Shown piece by piece: positions 18,739-30,261 of a stretch of 64,000 nucleotides of DNA. The stretch comes from Rhodanobacteraceae bacterium (GTDB lineage Bacteria > Pseudomonadota > Gammaproteobacteria > Xanthomonadales > Rhodanobacteraceae). A model generated the notes under the pieces. That model was not told the DNA's origin. It searched no databases and worked only from the letters and a program-made list of their open reading frames with translations. A program made the position numbers and the translations under genes. Location of the stretch: positions 11,923 through 75,922 of the forward strand of contig DASTIS010000230.1 of NCBI GenBank assembly GCA_035717365.1, in the 5' to 3' direction. Each line of letters opens with the position of its first letter. Positions within the stretch are counted from its first letter, which is position 1.

Positions 18739-19385
18739 GATGCGTCGTCCGGCACGGCGCGCGACGACGCGGCGACGTCGTCATCGAGTGCCGCGTCCAC
18801 CAGCGCGGTCAGGCGCGTTTCGATGCTGGCGTCAACGCGGGAATCGGCGCAGGCAATGCGACAGTCGCCGGGCGCAAGCTCTGCGTCCTCGACGATCCGC
18901 CAGCCGCGCTCTTCCGACTCGGTCAATCCCTCGCGCAGCAGCGCGGCGGATTGCGGGTGTACGTGGATGTCGATGCCGGCGGCGGTCGCGGGCAGCGCGG
19001 CGATGGCCTTGCGCACCACTTTCAGCAGGTGTTCCGGTTGCAGGCGAAGCTCGGCCTGCAACACCCGGCGCGCCACCAGCATGGCCAATTCGGCCAGTTG
19101 CCGCTCCACTGCGGTGTCGACGTCTTCGAGCGGTCTCGCCAGCGCGTCGCACAGCCCGCACAGGTGCTGCAACTTCCGTTGCAGTTCGCCGTGCGCCGCA
19201 CGTCGGCCTTCGGCCAATCCCTGTTCGTAGCCTTCATGCCGCGCCTGCTCGCCGATGGCTTCGAGCTCCGCGACTGTTGGACGTGCCGTGCTGTCGACGG
19301 ATAGCGGGCGCTCCACGGTAGGCATGTTCCAGCGCCGCACGTCGCGCAGTTGTTCGCGCGACATTACACGCAGAGCCTCGCTCAT
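18735..19385 (-). CDS. fliH: Flagellar export ATPase regulator FliH
   Basis: 216 aa lying between fliG and fliI, with overlapping stop/start codons at both ends. The central segment is [26 protein letters not shown], typical of FliH. Confidence 0.85.
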   Translation of the reverse strand: MSEALRVMSREQLRDVRRWNMPTVERPLSVDSTARPTVAELEAIGEQARHEGYEQGLAEGRRAAHGELQRKLQHLCGLCDALARPLEDVDTAVERQLAELAMLVARRVLQAELRLQPEHLLKVVRKAIAALPATAAGIDIHVHPQSAALLREGLTESEERGWRIVEDAELAPGDCRIACADSRVDASIETRLTALVDAALDDDVAASSRAVPDDAS

Positions 19386-20389
19386 ACCATTTCCTCGCTG
19401 CCGCCCAGCGCGATGGTGCCGGCGTCGGCGAGCTTGCGCGCGATAGCCAGGATTTCCTTCTGCGCGGCGTCGACTTCGGACAGGCGCACCGGCCCGGATA
19501 CTTCCAGGTCGTCGCGCAGCATGTCGGCGGCGCGCTGCGACATGTTGGAGAAGAATTTCTCACGCAGGCCGGCCTCGCAGCCCTTGAGTGCGACCACCAG
19601 GCGCGGGGTCGGTACCTCACGCAGCAGGGTCTGCATGTTGCGATCGTCGACCGCGGCCAGGTCCTCGAAAGTGAACATCAGCTCCTCGATGCGATCGCCC
19701 AGTGTCTTGTCGATGTTGCGAATCGAGCCGATCAACTCGTTCTCGCGGCTCGTTTCCATGTTGTTGAGGATGGTGGCGGCCGCTTTCAGCCCGCCCACGC
19801 GCGTCGACTTCAGCTTGCTGGTGTTGCCGGAATACTGGCGTTCCATGATTTCGTCGAGTTCATGCAGCGCATGCGGCTGCACACCATCGAGCGTGGCGAC
19901 GCGCATCACTACGTCGCTGCGTGTCCGCTCGGGAAGGTAACCGATGACCTCGGCGGCCTGGTCGGCCTCGAGGTGTGCCAGCACCAGCGCTATGATCTGC
20001 GGATGCTCCTGGCCCACCAGTTCTGCGATGGAGCGGCTTTCCATCCACTTCAACGATTCCAGACCCTTGCTGCTGCGGCCAAGCAGGATGCGGTCGATCA
20101 GGCTGCCGGCCTTGCTCTCGCCCAGCGCATTGATCAGCACCTTGCGGACGTATTCGTCGGTACCGACGCCCAGCGGCGTCTGCTCGTCGAGTTCCCGCGA
20201 GAAACGCTCGAGCACTTGGCTGGCCTGGTCGCGGCTGACCGTCTTCAGGGCAGCCATCGTGGTGCCCACCACCTGCACGTCGCGTGCGTCGAGGTGCTTG
20301 AGCACCAGCGAGGCATCTTCTTCGCCCAGTGACAGCAGCAGGATGGCAGCGCGCTGTGCGCCGGTCATGTTGGTTGTATCAGGGGCCAT
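19382..20389 (-). CDS. fliG: Flagellar rotor protein FliG
   Basis: 335 aa. Blocks are LTGAQRAAILLLSLGEE..., EHPQIIALVLAHL, and the C-terminal torque helix region MLRDDLEVSGPVRLSEVDAAQKEIL. An alternative ATG at 20368 is possible. Confidence 0.95.
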   Translation of the reverse strand: MAPDTTNMTGAQRAAILLLSLGEEDASLVLKHLDARDVQVVGTTMAALKTVSRDQASQVLERFSRELDEQTPLGVGTDEYVRKVLINALGESKAGSLIDRILLGRSSKGLESLKWMESRSIAELVGQEHPQIIALVLAHLEADQAAEVIGYLPERTRSDVVMRVATLDGVQPHALHELDEIMERQYSGNTSKLKSTRVGGLKAAATILNNMETSRENELIGSIRNIDKTLGDRIEELMFTFEDLAAVDDRNMQTLLREVPTPRLVVALKGCEAGLREKFFSNMSQRAADMLRDDLEVSGPVRLSEVDAAQKEILAIARKLADAGTIALGGSEEMV

Positions 20390-22109
20390 CGGCAGCTACC
20401 CAGTTCTTGACGATCTGCGCTACCTGGCGCGGGTTCTCCGACGCCATGCGCCGGGCCAGACCGACCTTTTGCTCGTAGTTCATGGGCGCGCCATGGCCAG
20501 GCAACGCCTTGCCTCCGCGATCGTCTTCGAGGTCGGCCACGGTTTCACTGATGCCTACGTGTGACGATTGCTGGGGTTGCGGCCCGGGCAGGGTGCGTGG
20601 CGCTTCCGCGAGCGGCTTCTCGCCGCGCAGCAGGCCGCGCAGCATCGGCCTGAGCAGGCCGAATGCCAGCAGCAATGCCGCCAGTACGCCCAAGCCCTGC
20701 TTGATCAGATCCATCACGCCGGGGCGCTGCCAGAACGGAGGCGCTTGCGGGCCATCGATTTCGGAAGGGCGGAGGAACGGCGCGTTGACCACGCTGACCA
20801 CGTCGCCGCGTTTGGCGTCGAAGCCGACCGCGCTCTGCGCCAGTTCAGTCAGGTGGGTCAGTTCGGCCTTGCTCAACGGCACGCTTTCGAGTTTTCCGTC
20901 CTTGCCGGGAACCTGCTTGTTGTCGACGATCACCGCCACCGACAGGCGACTGATGTCACCGGCGGGGTTGTTGGTGTAGCTGATGGTGCGGTCGACCTCG
21001 TAATTGCGTGTCGCATGGTTGGAGGTATCGGTCGGGGTGCCGGGACCGCTGGCAGCCGCCACGCTGGACGCCGAGCCTGGATTGGCGGCCGTCGCCTGTT
21101 GCACCGTGGCCGGAGGCTGGTTGCTGAGCGCGCCGGGGATGGCGCCGGTCGAGGCTTCGCCAGTGTGCGTCTCGCTGCTGACCTGCTCGCTGCGCAGGGC
21201 CTGTTTGTCCTTGCCGTAGACCTCGCTGGCCAGCCGGGTGTGCTTGAAATCCATGTCCACATGGACTTCCGCGTGCACGTGGCCAGCGCCGACCAGCGGC
21301 GAAAGGATGGCTTCCACCCGTTGCGCGTAGGTGTTTTCCACACGGGCGGTCAGGCGCATGCGCGTGTTGTCGATGTCGTCGCCGGAGCCATTGGCACCAC
21401 CGGTGAGCAGCTGGCCTTGCTGATCGACCACCGAAACGTGGGAGGGAGCCAGGTTGGGTACGCTGGCAGCCACCAGGTGCACGATGGCCGCCACCTGGGA
21501 CTGCGACAGTTGGCGCCCCTGGTACAGCTCGACCAGCACCGATGCGCTCGGTTGATCGTTGTCGCGGATGAAGGCCGAGGGCTTGGGTAGTGCCAGGTGC
21601 ACGCGCGCGCTGCGGATCGACTGCAGGCTGGCGATGGTGCGTTCGAGATCCTGTTCGAGCAACTGGCGGTTGCGATTTGCCTCGGCCGTGTCGCTCATGC
21701 CGAAGGCCGAATCGGGCGTGGCGATGGCGCGGCTGCTGGCGCTGCCCTGCGGCATGCCCTGCGAAGCCAGGCGCAGGCGCAGCGAATCGACGTCGCCGGC
21801 CGGTACGAAAATACTGGTGCCGTTGCTGCCCAGCTTGTAGGACACCTGGTTGGTCTGCAGCGCCTGCACGATGTCGGCGGCGTCTTTTTGTGCCAGCCCG
21901 GTGTACAGCAAGCCCATGTTCGGCCCACGCGACCACAGCACGATGGCCACGCCCAGCGCCACCGCGGCGGCGATGCCGGCCAGCAGCAACAATTGCCGCG
22001 CGACCGGCGAGCGCGCGACCTGCATCAGCGACTCGCGGCGCGGCGCAACGTCCGGGGCGCGCCGCGCGGGTGCCTGGGTGCCAGTTGGGGCGATACCTGA
22101 GTCGGCCAT
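20379..22109 (-). CDS. fliF: Flagellar MS-ring protein FliF
   Basis: 576 aa with an N-terminal TM (LLLLAGIAAAVALGVAIVLW), YscJ/FliF periplasmic domains and a second TM near the C-terminus (GLGVLAALLLAFGLL). Confidence 0.95.
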   Translation of the reverse strand: MADSGIAPTGTQAPARRAPDVAPRRESLMQVARSPVARQLLLLAGIAAAVALGVAIVLWSRGPNMGLLYTGLAQKDAADIVQALQTNQVSYKLGSNGTSIFVPAGDVDSLRLRLASQGMPQGSASSRAIATPDSAFGMSDTAEANRNRQLLEQDLERTIASLQSIRSARVHLALPKPSAFIRDNDQPSASVLVELYQGRQLSQSQVAAIVHLVAASVPNLAPSHVSVVDQQGQLLTGGANGSGDDIDNTRMRLTARVENTYAQRVEAILSPLVGAGHVHAEVHVDMDFKHTRLASEVYGKDKQALRSEQVSSETHTGEASTGAIPGALSNQPPATVQQATAANPGSASSVAAASGPGTPTDTSNHATRNYEVDRTISYTNNPAGDISRLSVAVIVDNKQVPGKDGKLESVPLSKAELTHLTELAQSAVGFDAKRGDVVSVVNAPFLRPSEIDGPQAPPFWQRPGVMDLIKQGLGVLAALLLAFGLLRPMLRGLLRGEKPLAEAPRTLPGPQPQQSSHVGISETVADLEDDRGGKALPGHGAPMNYEQKVGLARRMASENPRQVAQIVKNWVAADGP

Positions 22110-22150
22110 GAAAGGTGGGATCCGTTATGCGGGCGGGTGCGATGCCGGGA

Positions 22151-22480
22151 CTACAGCGGCATGTTCATGATGTTCTGGTAGGCATCCACCAGTTTGTTGC
22201 GCACCTCGGTCATGGCGCGGAACGAGAGGTCGGCCTTCTGCACCGCCAGCATCACGTGCGGAAGATCGGCGCCGGGATCCCCGCGCTCGAAGGCCGTGGT
22301 CATCTGCTGCGCGTGGTTCTGCGTCTGCGAGACATCGGCGATCGATTGCTTGAGCAGGTTGCCGAAGCTGTCCTGGGGCTTGGTGTCGCCGGCAACCGGC
22401 GCCGCGGCTGCGTTGGGTTCGAGTTGTGCGCTCAGGCTGCGCATCTGCGTCAGCAGGCTGTTGATGTCGATCTGCGTCAT
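22151..22480 (-). CDS. fliE: Flagellar hook-basal body protein FliE
   Basis: 109 aa with the C-terminus LHVMLAVQKADLSFRAMTEVRNKLVDAYQNIMNMPL, typical of FliE. Confidence 0.93.
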   Translation of the reverse strand: MTQIDINSLLTQMRSLSAQLEPNAAAAPVAGDTKPQDSFGNLLKQSIADVSQTQNHAQQMTTAFERGDPGADLPHVMLAVQKADLSFRAMTEVRNKLVDAYQNIMNMPL

Positions 22481-22519
22481 TTCGGAGGTCTCCGTGAAAC
22501 GTTTTCCCGCATCAGGAAT

Positions 22520-22535
22520 AGCAAGGCGTGTGCCA
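22520..22535 (-). promoter_or_regulatory. Sigma-54 promoter motif for the fliEFGHIJ operon
   Basis: The minus strand reads TGGCACACGCCTTGCT (perfect TGGCAC-N5-TTGCT), 39 nt upstream of the fliE ATG and 13 nt after the fleR stop. Confidence 0.8.
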
Positions 22536-22548
22536 AGGGGTTTCGGGG

Positions 22549-23891
<1,343 letters not shown>

Positions 23892-23895
<4 letters not shown>

Positions 23896-25118
23896 GACAA
23901 GGTTCCCTGGTGTTGCGGATCGGTGCCGGACCGCGAGTGGAGCACATGCAGGTCGCTGGGCAGGATGCGGGCGTCGCCCGCCAGCGGCAGGCGCAGCTCG
24001 AAGCGGGCGCCACGCGGGCTGGGCGCAAGCAACAGTTCGCCGCCGTGCGCACGTGCGACGCTGCGGGCCATGGCAAGGCCGAGGCCGGTGCCGCCGGCGC
24101 GGGTGGTGAAAAAAGGTTCGAAGATGCGTTCGGCTGTGGCGGCGTCAACGCCCGGCCCGTCGTCGTGCACGGCCAACGTCACGCCGCCGTCGTGGCGGGC
24201 GGCCTGCAAAAATACGCGCGGCGAAAACGCGAGGGCGTTGTCGAGCAGGTTCACGAGCGTGCTCACCAGCAGGTTGCGCTGGCCGTGCACGCAGGCGCCG
24301 CTGCAGGTGTCGTCGATGTCGATGCCGCACGTCGCGCCGGCGGCGATGTTGCCGATGGCGTCGCGAAGCAGGCCGGACACGTCCAGGGTTTCGTTGGTGT
24401 CGGCGTCGCCGCGCGCCAGCGCCAGGGTTTGGTCGATCAGCCGTTGGAGATCGACGAGACGCATCAGCGCCTTCCCGGCCATGCGTTGTGCAGCTTGCGC
24501 GTCGAGTCCGCCGTCTGCGATGCGCGACAGGTACAGCACCGCGGTGGACAAGGGCGTGCGCAATTGGTGCGCGAGGCGGGCGCGTTGCTGGTCGACGTCG
24601 GAGATCTGACGTTGGCGCTCGATGCCGCTGCGGCGCGCATGCGCTTCGCTTTCGTCGGTCAGGAGCAGTACGCAACCGCCGTCGGCGGTTGCGCGGCGCG
24701 ACACCCCGAGACGGCGGCCATCGGACAGACACGGCGTGCCGTCGCTGTCGCTGCGCGCGTGCAGCGCGTGGGCAGCAACATCGCGCCATGGCTGACCGAG
24801 CAGCGATTGGCCCAGCAATTCGTTGGCGCCGGCGTTGCATTCGCGCACGCGACCGTCGCCGTCGATCATCAACGCCGCGCCCGGCAGCGCGCCCAGCAAG
24901 GCCTGCAGGCGGTCGGCGACGCGTTCGCGCTCTGCCAGTTCAGCCAGGCGCGCCCGTTGCGCGGCATCGCGTTCGCGGGTCAGTTCGTCCACGCGCTCCT
25001 GCAGCGCGGACCACGACGACTGCAATTGCCGCGAGGTCTCGTTGAACTGCGCGAAGGCGAGTTCCAGCGCCTCGACGCGTTGCGGGTCGGCAGGACGCAG
25101 TAGCGGGACGGCACTCAT
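23892..25118 (-). CDS. fleS: Sensor histidine kinase FleS (cytoplasmic, PAS-type)
   Basis: The internal ATG at 25118 gives MSAVPLLRPADPQRVEALELAFAQFNETSRQL... The H-box is RLAHQLRTPLS. The N, G1 and G2 blocks are LLDNALAF, DDGPGV and GGTGLGLAM. The stop overlaps the fleR start. The upstream 72 codons of the track ORF are Arg/His-rich and unconvincing. Confidence 0.85.
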
Positions 25119-25320
25119 ACCCGCTTCGATGCAATTATCGAACCAGTCTTTAAAAGCTTGCCAGGTCAACGACTTGTTGGTTGCCTGCGGCACGCGCGCC
25201 AGAAAATCGACGCGGCATCCGGCGTGTCCATGGCGGTGCGGGTGGCGACGATGCAAACGGCATTTGCCCCTGCTGGCCAGTCGTGCCACGGGGATCGCCG
25301 CTGACGGGATTCCGGCCTGG

Positions 25321-26436
25321 TCAGGCCACGGCATCGGCTCCCCACAGCGCTTCCATGCCGACGTTCATGCCCATCTCGTCGAGATCGACGACTTCGGTTA
25401 TCGCGTGTGACGGGACCCTTGCGCTGCGGCGAATCGGAACGCTGACGCGCAATCCATCACGGGTCGTGATCGACGCGACTTTCGGCCGCTCCCCCGAGTC
25501 ACCCCGATGGGTCACCACGCCGATGCTGCCGTTGCGCAGGCGTACACCGGTGCCAGGCGGGTAAACCCCGAGTGCCTTGATGAACAATGCCGTGTAGCGC
25601 TCGTCGAACGCCGTACCCTCGTTGAGGAACAGCCACCGCAGCGCCACGTTGGGCTGCATTGCCGGTCTGTGCCTGCGGTCGGACACGCGAGCGCAATAGA
25701 TGTCGCCAAGCGATACCAGTTGCGCAGGGACGCTGATTTCGTCGGCAGTTTTGCCCGTGGGATAGCCGCTGCCGTCAGGGTGCTCGTGATGATCGCGCAC
25801 GACTTCCAGCCACAGCGGGTCGCCTACCCCATGTTCGCGCAGTATCGCCACCCCACGCTCGCAATGGCCCTCCACCTCGGCGCGTTGCGCGTCACTCAAC
25901 TTTCCCTTCAGCGCGTGGAGGTGTTCCTGCAGCGCGAGCATGCCGATGTTCATGCTCAGCGCGGCTGCCACGGTGGAGGTCAACGGCGCCTCGTCCAATC
26001 CGATCGCCGTACCCGTGATGCAGCTCGTGATCGCAACGTTCACGGAGTGTCGAATTGCATAGGGTTCATCGCGGCACATCAGGATCGATGCCAGTGCCAC
26101 GTCGGCGTTCAGCCGGCATGCCCTGCGTACCTTGCCTGCGATCCGCAGCAATGCTGGGGCAAAATCCACATCGGCCGGGTCGGAGAACAGGGCCTGCAAA
26201 TGCCGACGTGCTCCAAGCACCAGGGCAAGCGGCGATTTGCGGAAGTACGTGTCGTCGGGCGTGGCTGGCGCGTACGCGTACGGTTGCGAGGCGTGCCGCA
26301 CCAGCGTTTCGAGTTGCTTGTCGCTGGTGGCGACGAGTCCCTCGCGCAACAGCAACGTGCCCTTGCCGTCGCGCACGTTGCAAGGCAGCGAGTCGCCGAC
26401 TTCGAGCCGAGACAGGTCAAAAGTACGGTCTGGCAT
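25321..26436 (-). CDS. HD-GYP domain c-di-GMP phosphodiesterase-type protein
   Basis: 371 aa from the ATG at 26436 (TGGAG lies 7 nt upstream; the track start at 26454 is a GTG). HD and GYP signatures are HSVNVA...HHEHPDGSGYPTG. The N-terminal region is of the kind commonly fused to HD-GYP proteins. Confidence 0.88.
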   Translation of the reverse strand: MPDRTFDLSRLEVGDSLPCNVRDGKGTLLLREGLVATSDKQLETLVRHASQPYAYAPATPDDTYFRKSPLALVLGARRHLQALFSDPADVDFAPALLRIAGKVRRACRLNADVALASILMCRDEPYAIRHSVNVAITSCITGTAIGLDEAPLTSTVAAALSMNIGMLALQEHLHALKGKLSDAQRAEVEGHCERGVAILREHGVGDPLWLEVVRDHHEHPDGSGYPTGKTADEISVPAQLVSLGDIYCARVSDRRHRPAMQPNVALRWLFLNEGTAFDERYTALFIKALGVYPPGTGVRLRNGSIGVVTHRGDSGERPKVASITTRDGLRVSVPIRRSARVPSHAITEVVDLDEMGMNVGMEALWGADAVA

Positions 26437-26522
26437 GCGAGTGCTCCAAGGCACTTGATCGGGGCAGGTGAACGGGTACCGTCGGGAGGCTCCCCGGGGC
26501 TACGCACAGCTCCATGCAAGCG

Positions 26523-26549
26523 ATATCGGCAGGCCCGGATAAATCTTGA
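26523..26549 (-). promoter_or_regulatory. Sigma-28 (FliA) promoter motif in front of the HD-GYP gene
   Basis: The minus strand reads TCAAGATT-TATCCGGGCCT-GCCGATAT (8-N11-8 architecture; consensus TAAAGTTT-N11-GCCGATAA), about 85 nt upstream of the ATG at 26436. Confidence 0.6.
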
Positions 26550-26585
26550 GGTGGCGGGGCCAACGCACGGATCCTGGGCATCGGA

Positions 26586-26612
26586 TCAAGTTCCGGCGAA
26601 AGGTGCCGACAA
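26586..26612 (+). promoter_or_regulatory. Sigma-28 (FliA) promoter motif in front of the GGDEF gene
   Basis: The plus strand reads TCAAGTTC-CGGCGAAAGGT-GCCGACAA. Only 7 nt separate the -10 element from the ATG at 26620. Confidence 0.5.
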
Positions 26613-26619
26613 CCTCGAT

Positions 26620-28626
26620 ATGAAACATTGGGTCCTGGCATCGCTGTTGGCGCTCATGGCGCCGGCGCTGCTGGCTGGCCCCGAGCGGGTGGCGAATGTC
26701 CTCAACGACCTGAGGGTGCATGGTTACGCGTCGCCGGCGACAGCGGCCGCGCGCCTGCAGGCGGCGCGGGATGCCGACGATCCGAACATGCCGCTGGACC
26801 AGAAGCGCCGCTATTCCGCCGCGCTGATTTGGCTGGCGTTGCCCAACCGGAACATGCCAATGTTGAAGGAGGCATTGGACCAACTGCGACCGGTGGCGCA
26901 GCCAGGGCAATGCCCGCCGTGCCGTGCCACGTGGCTGATCGGCAAGGCGCAGGAGAGCATCTTCCGGCACCGTTTGAAGCAGGCTCGGACCTACCTGAGG
27001 CAGGTCGCGAGCCTCGTTCCAGCGAACGACCCCGCGATGCGCCTGGAACTGCTCCGTGCGCAGGTGCGCTTCGAGCGTGCCCAAGGGGCATTGAATACGG
27101 CTTTTGGCAAGGCAATGGCGGCATTGAGCTTGGCCGACCAGCTGGGGAACAGCGCCGAGCGCATCGAAATACTGGACCATCTGGCAACCATGAACGCTCA
27201 ACTCGGCTTCGTGGACCGGGCGGTGCCGCTGGCACGGGAGGCCGCGTCGCAGGCACAAGCTGCCGGGTTCACGGCCGGCCTGGGCACGATACGCATTGAC
27301 GAGGCCTTCATCTATGCGAGTCGCGACGAACGTGACAGGCAACGGCACGCGTTGATGCAAGCCTTGGCCATCTCGAGGAGCGTACCCGGGCTGGGTTATC
27401 TCGAAGTCACCGCACGCGGCAACCTGTCCGACTACTACCTCAACCAAGGCGACTATGCCTCCGCGTTGAAACAGGCGCAGGAAGCCGCGGTGCTGGCCCG
27501 CGCGAGCAACGATCAGTACAGCGAATCGATTGCGCTCGCCAACAAAGGTATCGCCACGGTCCGGATGGGACAGACCGACGCGGGGTTGTCGTTGCTGCAC
27601 CGGTCGCTCGAGCTCGCGCGGCGGGCCGGACATCTGCGTACGGAAGTGGATATCAACCGGGAGATCGTAAAGGTACTCGAGTCTGCAGGACGCTACCGCG
27701 AGGCGCTGCAGGCGCAGAGCGCCGTCGAGGAGGTAAATCGCAAGATCACCGAGCAGGAGCGCGACAGCGCGGTCCTGGAGCTCCAAGCCAAATACGACGA
27801 CGAACACAAGAACCGCGAGATCGATCGGCTTTCAGCACAGGACCGCCTGAAGGGGGCCGAGAACGCCGCGCAACGCTGGCAACAGCGGTTGTGGATCACG
27901 CTGGCCGGTGTTGCATTGCTGGCCGCGTCGTTCATGGTCCTTTGGTTGATGCGCGCACGCAGGGCCAACCGGAGGCTTGTCGAGGATGTGGCCAATCTCA
28001 CCGAACAATCCTCGATGGATGCGCTGACCGGGATCTTGAACCGACGGAGTTTTTCTGCCCTGATGCAAGGCTACACGCGCAGCGACAACACCCGGCTTGG
28101 TCTGGCCCTGGTGGACATCGACGATTTCAAGCAGGTCAACGACAGTCTTGGTCACGACGTCGGCGACGTGGTGTTGGTTGAGATTGCGCGGCGATTGCAG
28201 TTGCTCGGGCGCAGCCGCGACCACGTGGCACGTTGGGGCGGCGAGGAGTTCGTGTTGGCGCTGCCTGATGTTTCGCCTCAATCCCTGCCGAACGTGGCTC
28301 GGTGCCTGCTGGATGCGGTGACCCGACCTCCGGTCCGAGTGGGTGGGCGTGAAGTCCGCGTCAGCGTCTCGGCAGGTTTCGTCGCGCATCCGCCGACGCC
28401 CGGCACGCCGTGGGGGCGAGCCCTGCGCCTTGCCGACGTGGCGATGTATCGGGCCAAGCGGGACGGGGGCAATCGCGCGGTTTGCGTCATCACGGTTGGC
28501 CACGCGCTCGATCGCGACGTTCTGGATGATGCGGACCTGGATGCGGCCATTCGCTCCGGGTCGATCGTGGTCGCCGAAATCCAGGGGTCGGCGATGGCAT
28601 CGTCGTTCGTGGGGGCTCCCGGCTGA
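26620..28626 (+). CDS. Membrane diguanylate cyclase with a periplasmic TPR-like domain (GGDEF, I-site present)
   Basis: 668 aa from the ATG at 26620. The signal peptide is MKHWVLASLLALMAPALLAG, followed by about 400 aa of TPR-like helical repeats and a TM (LWITLAGVALLAASFMVLWLM). The GGDEF domain reads LTGILNRRSF...VDIDDFKQVNDSLGHDVGD...RSRDHVARWGGEEF (RxxD five residues before GGEEF). The first 371 codons of the track ORF are antisense to the HD-GYP gene. Confidence 0.9.
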   Translation: MKHWVLASLLALMAPALLAGPERVANVLNDLRVHGYASPATAAARLQAARDADDPNMPLDQKRRYSAALIWLALPNRNMPMLKEALDQLRPVAQPGQCPPCRATWLIGKAQESIFRHRLKQARTYLRQVASLVPANDPAMRLELLRAQVRFERAQGALNTAFGKAMAALSLADQLGNSAERIEILDHLATMNAQLGFVDRAVPLAREAASQAQAAGFTAGLGTIRIDEAFIYASRDERDRQRHALMQALAISRSVPGLGYLEVTARGNLSDYYLNQGDYASALKQAQEAAVLARASNDQYSESIALANKGIATVRMGQTDAGLSLLHRSLELARRAGHLRTEVDINREIVKVLESAGRYREALQAQSAVEEVNRKITEQERDSAVLELQAKYDDEHKNREIDRLSAQDRLKGAENAAQRWQQRLWITLAGVALLAASFMVLWLMRARRANRRLVEDVANLTEQSSMDALTGILNRRSFSALMQGYTRSDNTRLGLALVDIDDFKQVNDSLGHDVGDVVLVEIARRLQLLGRSRDHVARWGGEEFVLALPDVSPQSLPNVARCLLDAVTRPPVRVGGREVRVSVSAGFVAHPPTPGTPWGRALRLADVAMYRAKRDGGNRAVCVITVGHALDRDVLDDADLDAAIRSGSIVVAEIQGSAMASSFVGAPG

Positions 28627-28708
28627 CGTTTGCCCGGACGTCTGCGGTTCCGTGGGCGCGGCATGGGTTTCGGCGCTGCCGCCCCGTGATGGCCGTGCTT
28701 GTAAGGGT

Positions 28709-30121
28709 TTACACGGCTCCGCTGGCAGTGAGGTTCGCGTGCAGCTGGTATTTGCGCAGCTTCTCCACCAACGTCGTGCGACGCATGCCAAGCAGTTTGG
28801 CCGCGTGCGCGACGACGCCATCGGAGGCCGCCAGCGCCTGCCGGATCAAACCGACTTCGATGTCCGCCAGGTGGTCGCGCAGGTTGAGCCCGCCGTTGGG
28901 CAGCAGATCGGTCCCATCATCGATGTCCGCAGGCATGGCGTTGTCGTGGACCATCATCTCCGGCAATCGTGGGATATCGGACCGCCCATCGTTGCGGTGC
29001 TTGTGGTATTGGCGCGGCAAGTCCTCGGTACGCACCGGCAGGGCGGGGTACAGGATCGCCAGGCGCTCGATGAGGTTGCTCAATTCGCGTACGTTGCCGG
29101 GCCAGTCGTAGCCGGCCAACGTGTGCAGCGCCTCGTTCGTCAGGCGCGCTGGCGACAGGCCGCGGCGACGCAGACGCTGGTTGAATTCCTCGATCAGGAC
29201 GGGCAGATCCTCGGCGCGCGCGCGCAGCGGCGGCAGCTCCACGGGAAACACGTTGAGGCGGTAGAACAAGTCCTCGCGGAACTTGCCGTCAAGGATCGCC
29301 TGGCCGAGGTTGCGGTGCGTGGCCGCGATGATTCGAACGTTGCAGCGTATCGACTTGTTGCTGCCAACGCGCTCGAAACGGCGTTCCTGCAGCACGCGTA
29401 GCAGCTTGACCTGCATCGGCAGGCTCATGTCGCCGATCTCGTCCAGCAACAGGGTGCCGCCCTCGGCCATCTCGAACCGGCCCTTGCGGGTGCTGATGGC
29501 ACCGGTGAAGGCGCCTTTTTCATGCCCGAACAACTCGCTTTCCAGCAGGTCCGGCGGAATGGCGCCGCAGTTGATGGCGATGAACGGTTTGTCGCAGCGC
29601 GGCGAGCATTCGTGGATGAACTGCGCTACCAGTTCCTTGCCGGTGCCCGATTCGCCCAAAACCAATACGCTGGAGTCGAAGGGCGACACGCGCCGGATCA
29701 GGCTGTGCAGGAGGCGCACCGGCTCGGAATGGCCGACGAACCGGCGGTCGTCGCTGCTGCGGTTGCCGATGCTGCGCGGCGCGCACATGCGCAGCATCGC
29801 ACCCAGCGACGCCATCTGGGGTGGTGCCCCAATGGGGTGCACCGCGAAGCCCAGTCGACGCAGTGCCTGCAAATGCGGCGAGCCCTCGCAGACCAGCAGC
29901 GGCACCTCTCGATGGCGTGCGCCCTGCAGTTTCAGATGCGACTGCAGCGTGGACATTGTCTCATCGGGACCTGCATACACGGCGCAGCAGTTCATTGGAT
30001 TGTCTTGATCGTCGGCTTGGTCGATGGTCAGCGGAAGGTAACCGATGCTTTCAATGAAGGAGCTGACGGTTGAGGCGCGGGTCGTGTCTGATTCGACGAC
30101 CAGGACGGGAAACACGTGCAT
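28709..30121 (-). CDS. fleQ: Flagellar master regulator FleQ (sigma-54 activator with a non-phosphorylatable FleQ-type N-domain)
   Basis: 470 aa. The AAA+ domain has GESGTGKE, the GAFTGA loop (EKGAFTGAI), [20 protein letters not shown] and [13 protein letters not shown]. The C-terminal HTH reads [19 protein letters not shown]. The N-domain lacks the REC acidic pocket pattern. Confidence 0.9.
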   Translation of the reverse strand: MHVFPVLVVESDTTRASTVSSFIESIGYLPLTIDQADDQDNPMNCCAVYAGPDETMSTLQSHLKLQGARHREVPLLVCEGSPHLQALRRLGFAVHPIGAPPQMASLGAMLRMCAPRSIGNRSSDDRRFVGHSEPVRLLHSLIRRVSPFDSSVLVLGESGTGKELVAQFIHECSPRCDKPFIAINCGAIPPDLLESELFGHEKGAFTGAISTRKGRFEMAEGGTLLLDEIGDMSLPMQVKLLRVLQERRFERVGSNKSIRCNVRIIAATHRNLGQAILDGKFREDLFYRLNVFPVELPPLRARAEDLPVLIEEFNQRLRRRGLSPARLTNEALHTLAGYDWPGNVRELSNLIERLAILYPALPVRTEDLPRQYHKHRNDGRSDIPRLPEMMVHDNAMPADIDDGTDLLPNGGLNLRDHLADIEVGLIRQALAASDGVVAHAAKLLGMRRTTLVEKLRKYQLHANLTASGAV

Positions 30122-30261
30122 GACGATCCTTTCGTGGTGTTGCGGGCACGTTTTGGCCTATTCATATTCCATGCCACATGCGTCGGAAATCCGACGTTCC
30201 TTCGGACGTGACTTCGGTAATCGCACGAATCTGCAAAAGTTTGGATGCGCAAACGCACTTG

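Noticed and set aside
25130-25145. A sigma-54-like TGGTTCGATAATTGCA (minus strand) just upstream of fleS.
   Set aside because: The GG-N10-GC spacing is correct, but the -24 region is weak. The motif also ends only 11 nt before the fleS ATG (25118), which would imply a leaderless transcript. This is left unresolved rather than called as a feature. Transcription start site mapping would settle it.
30161-30176. TGGCATGGAATATGAA (minus strand) upstream of fleQ, considered as a sigma-54 promoter.
   Set aside because: The -12 element lacks the invariant GC dinucleotide (ATGA instead of TTGC). fleQ is also expected to sit at the top of the cascade.
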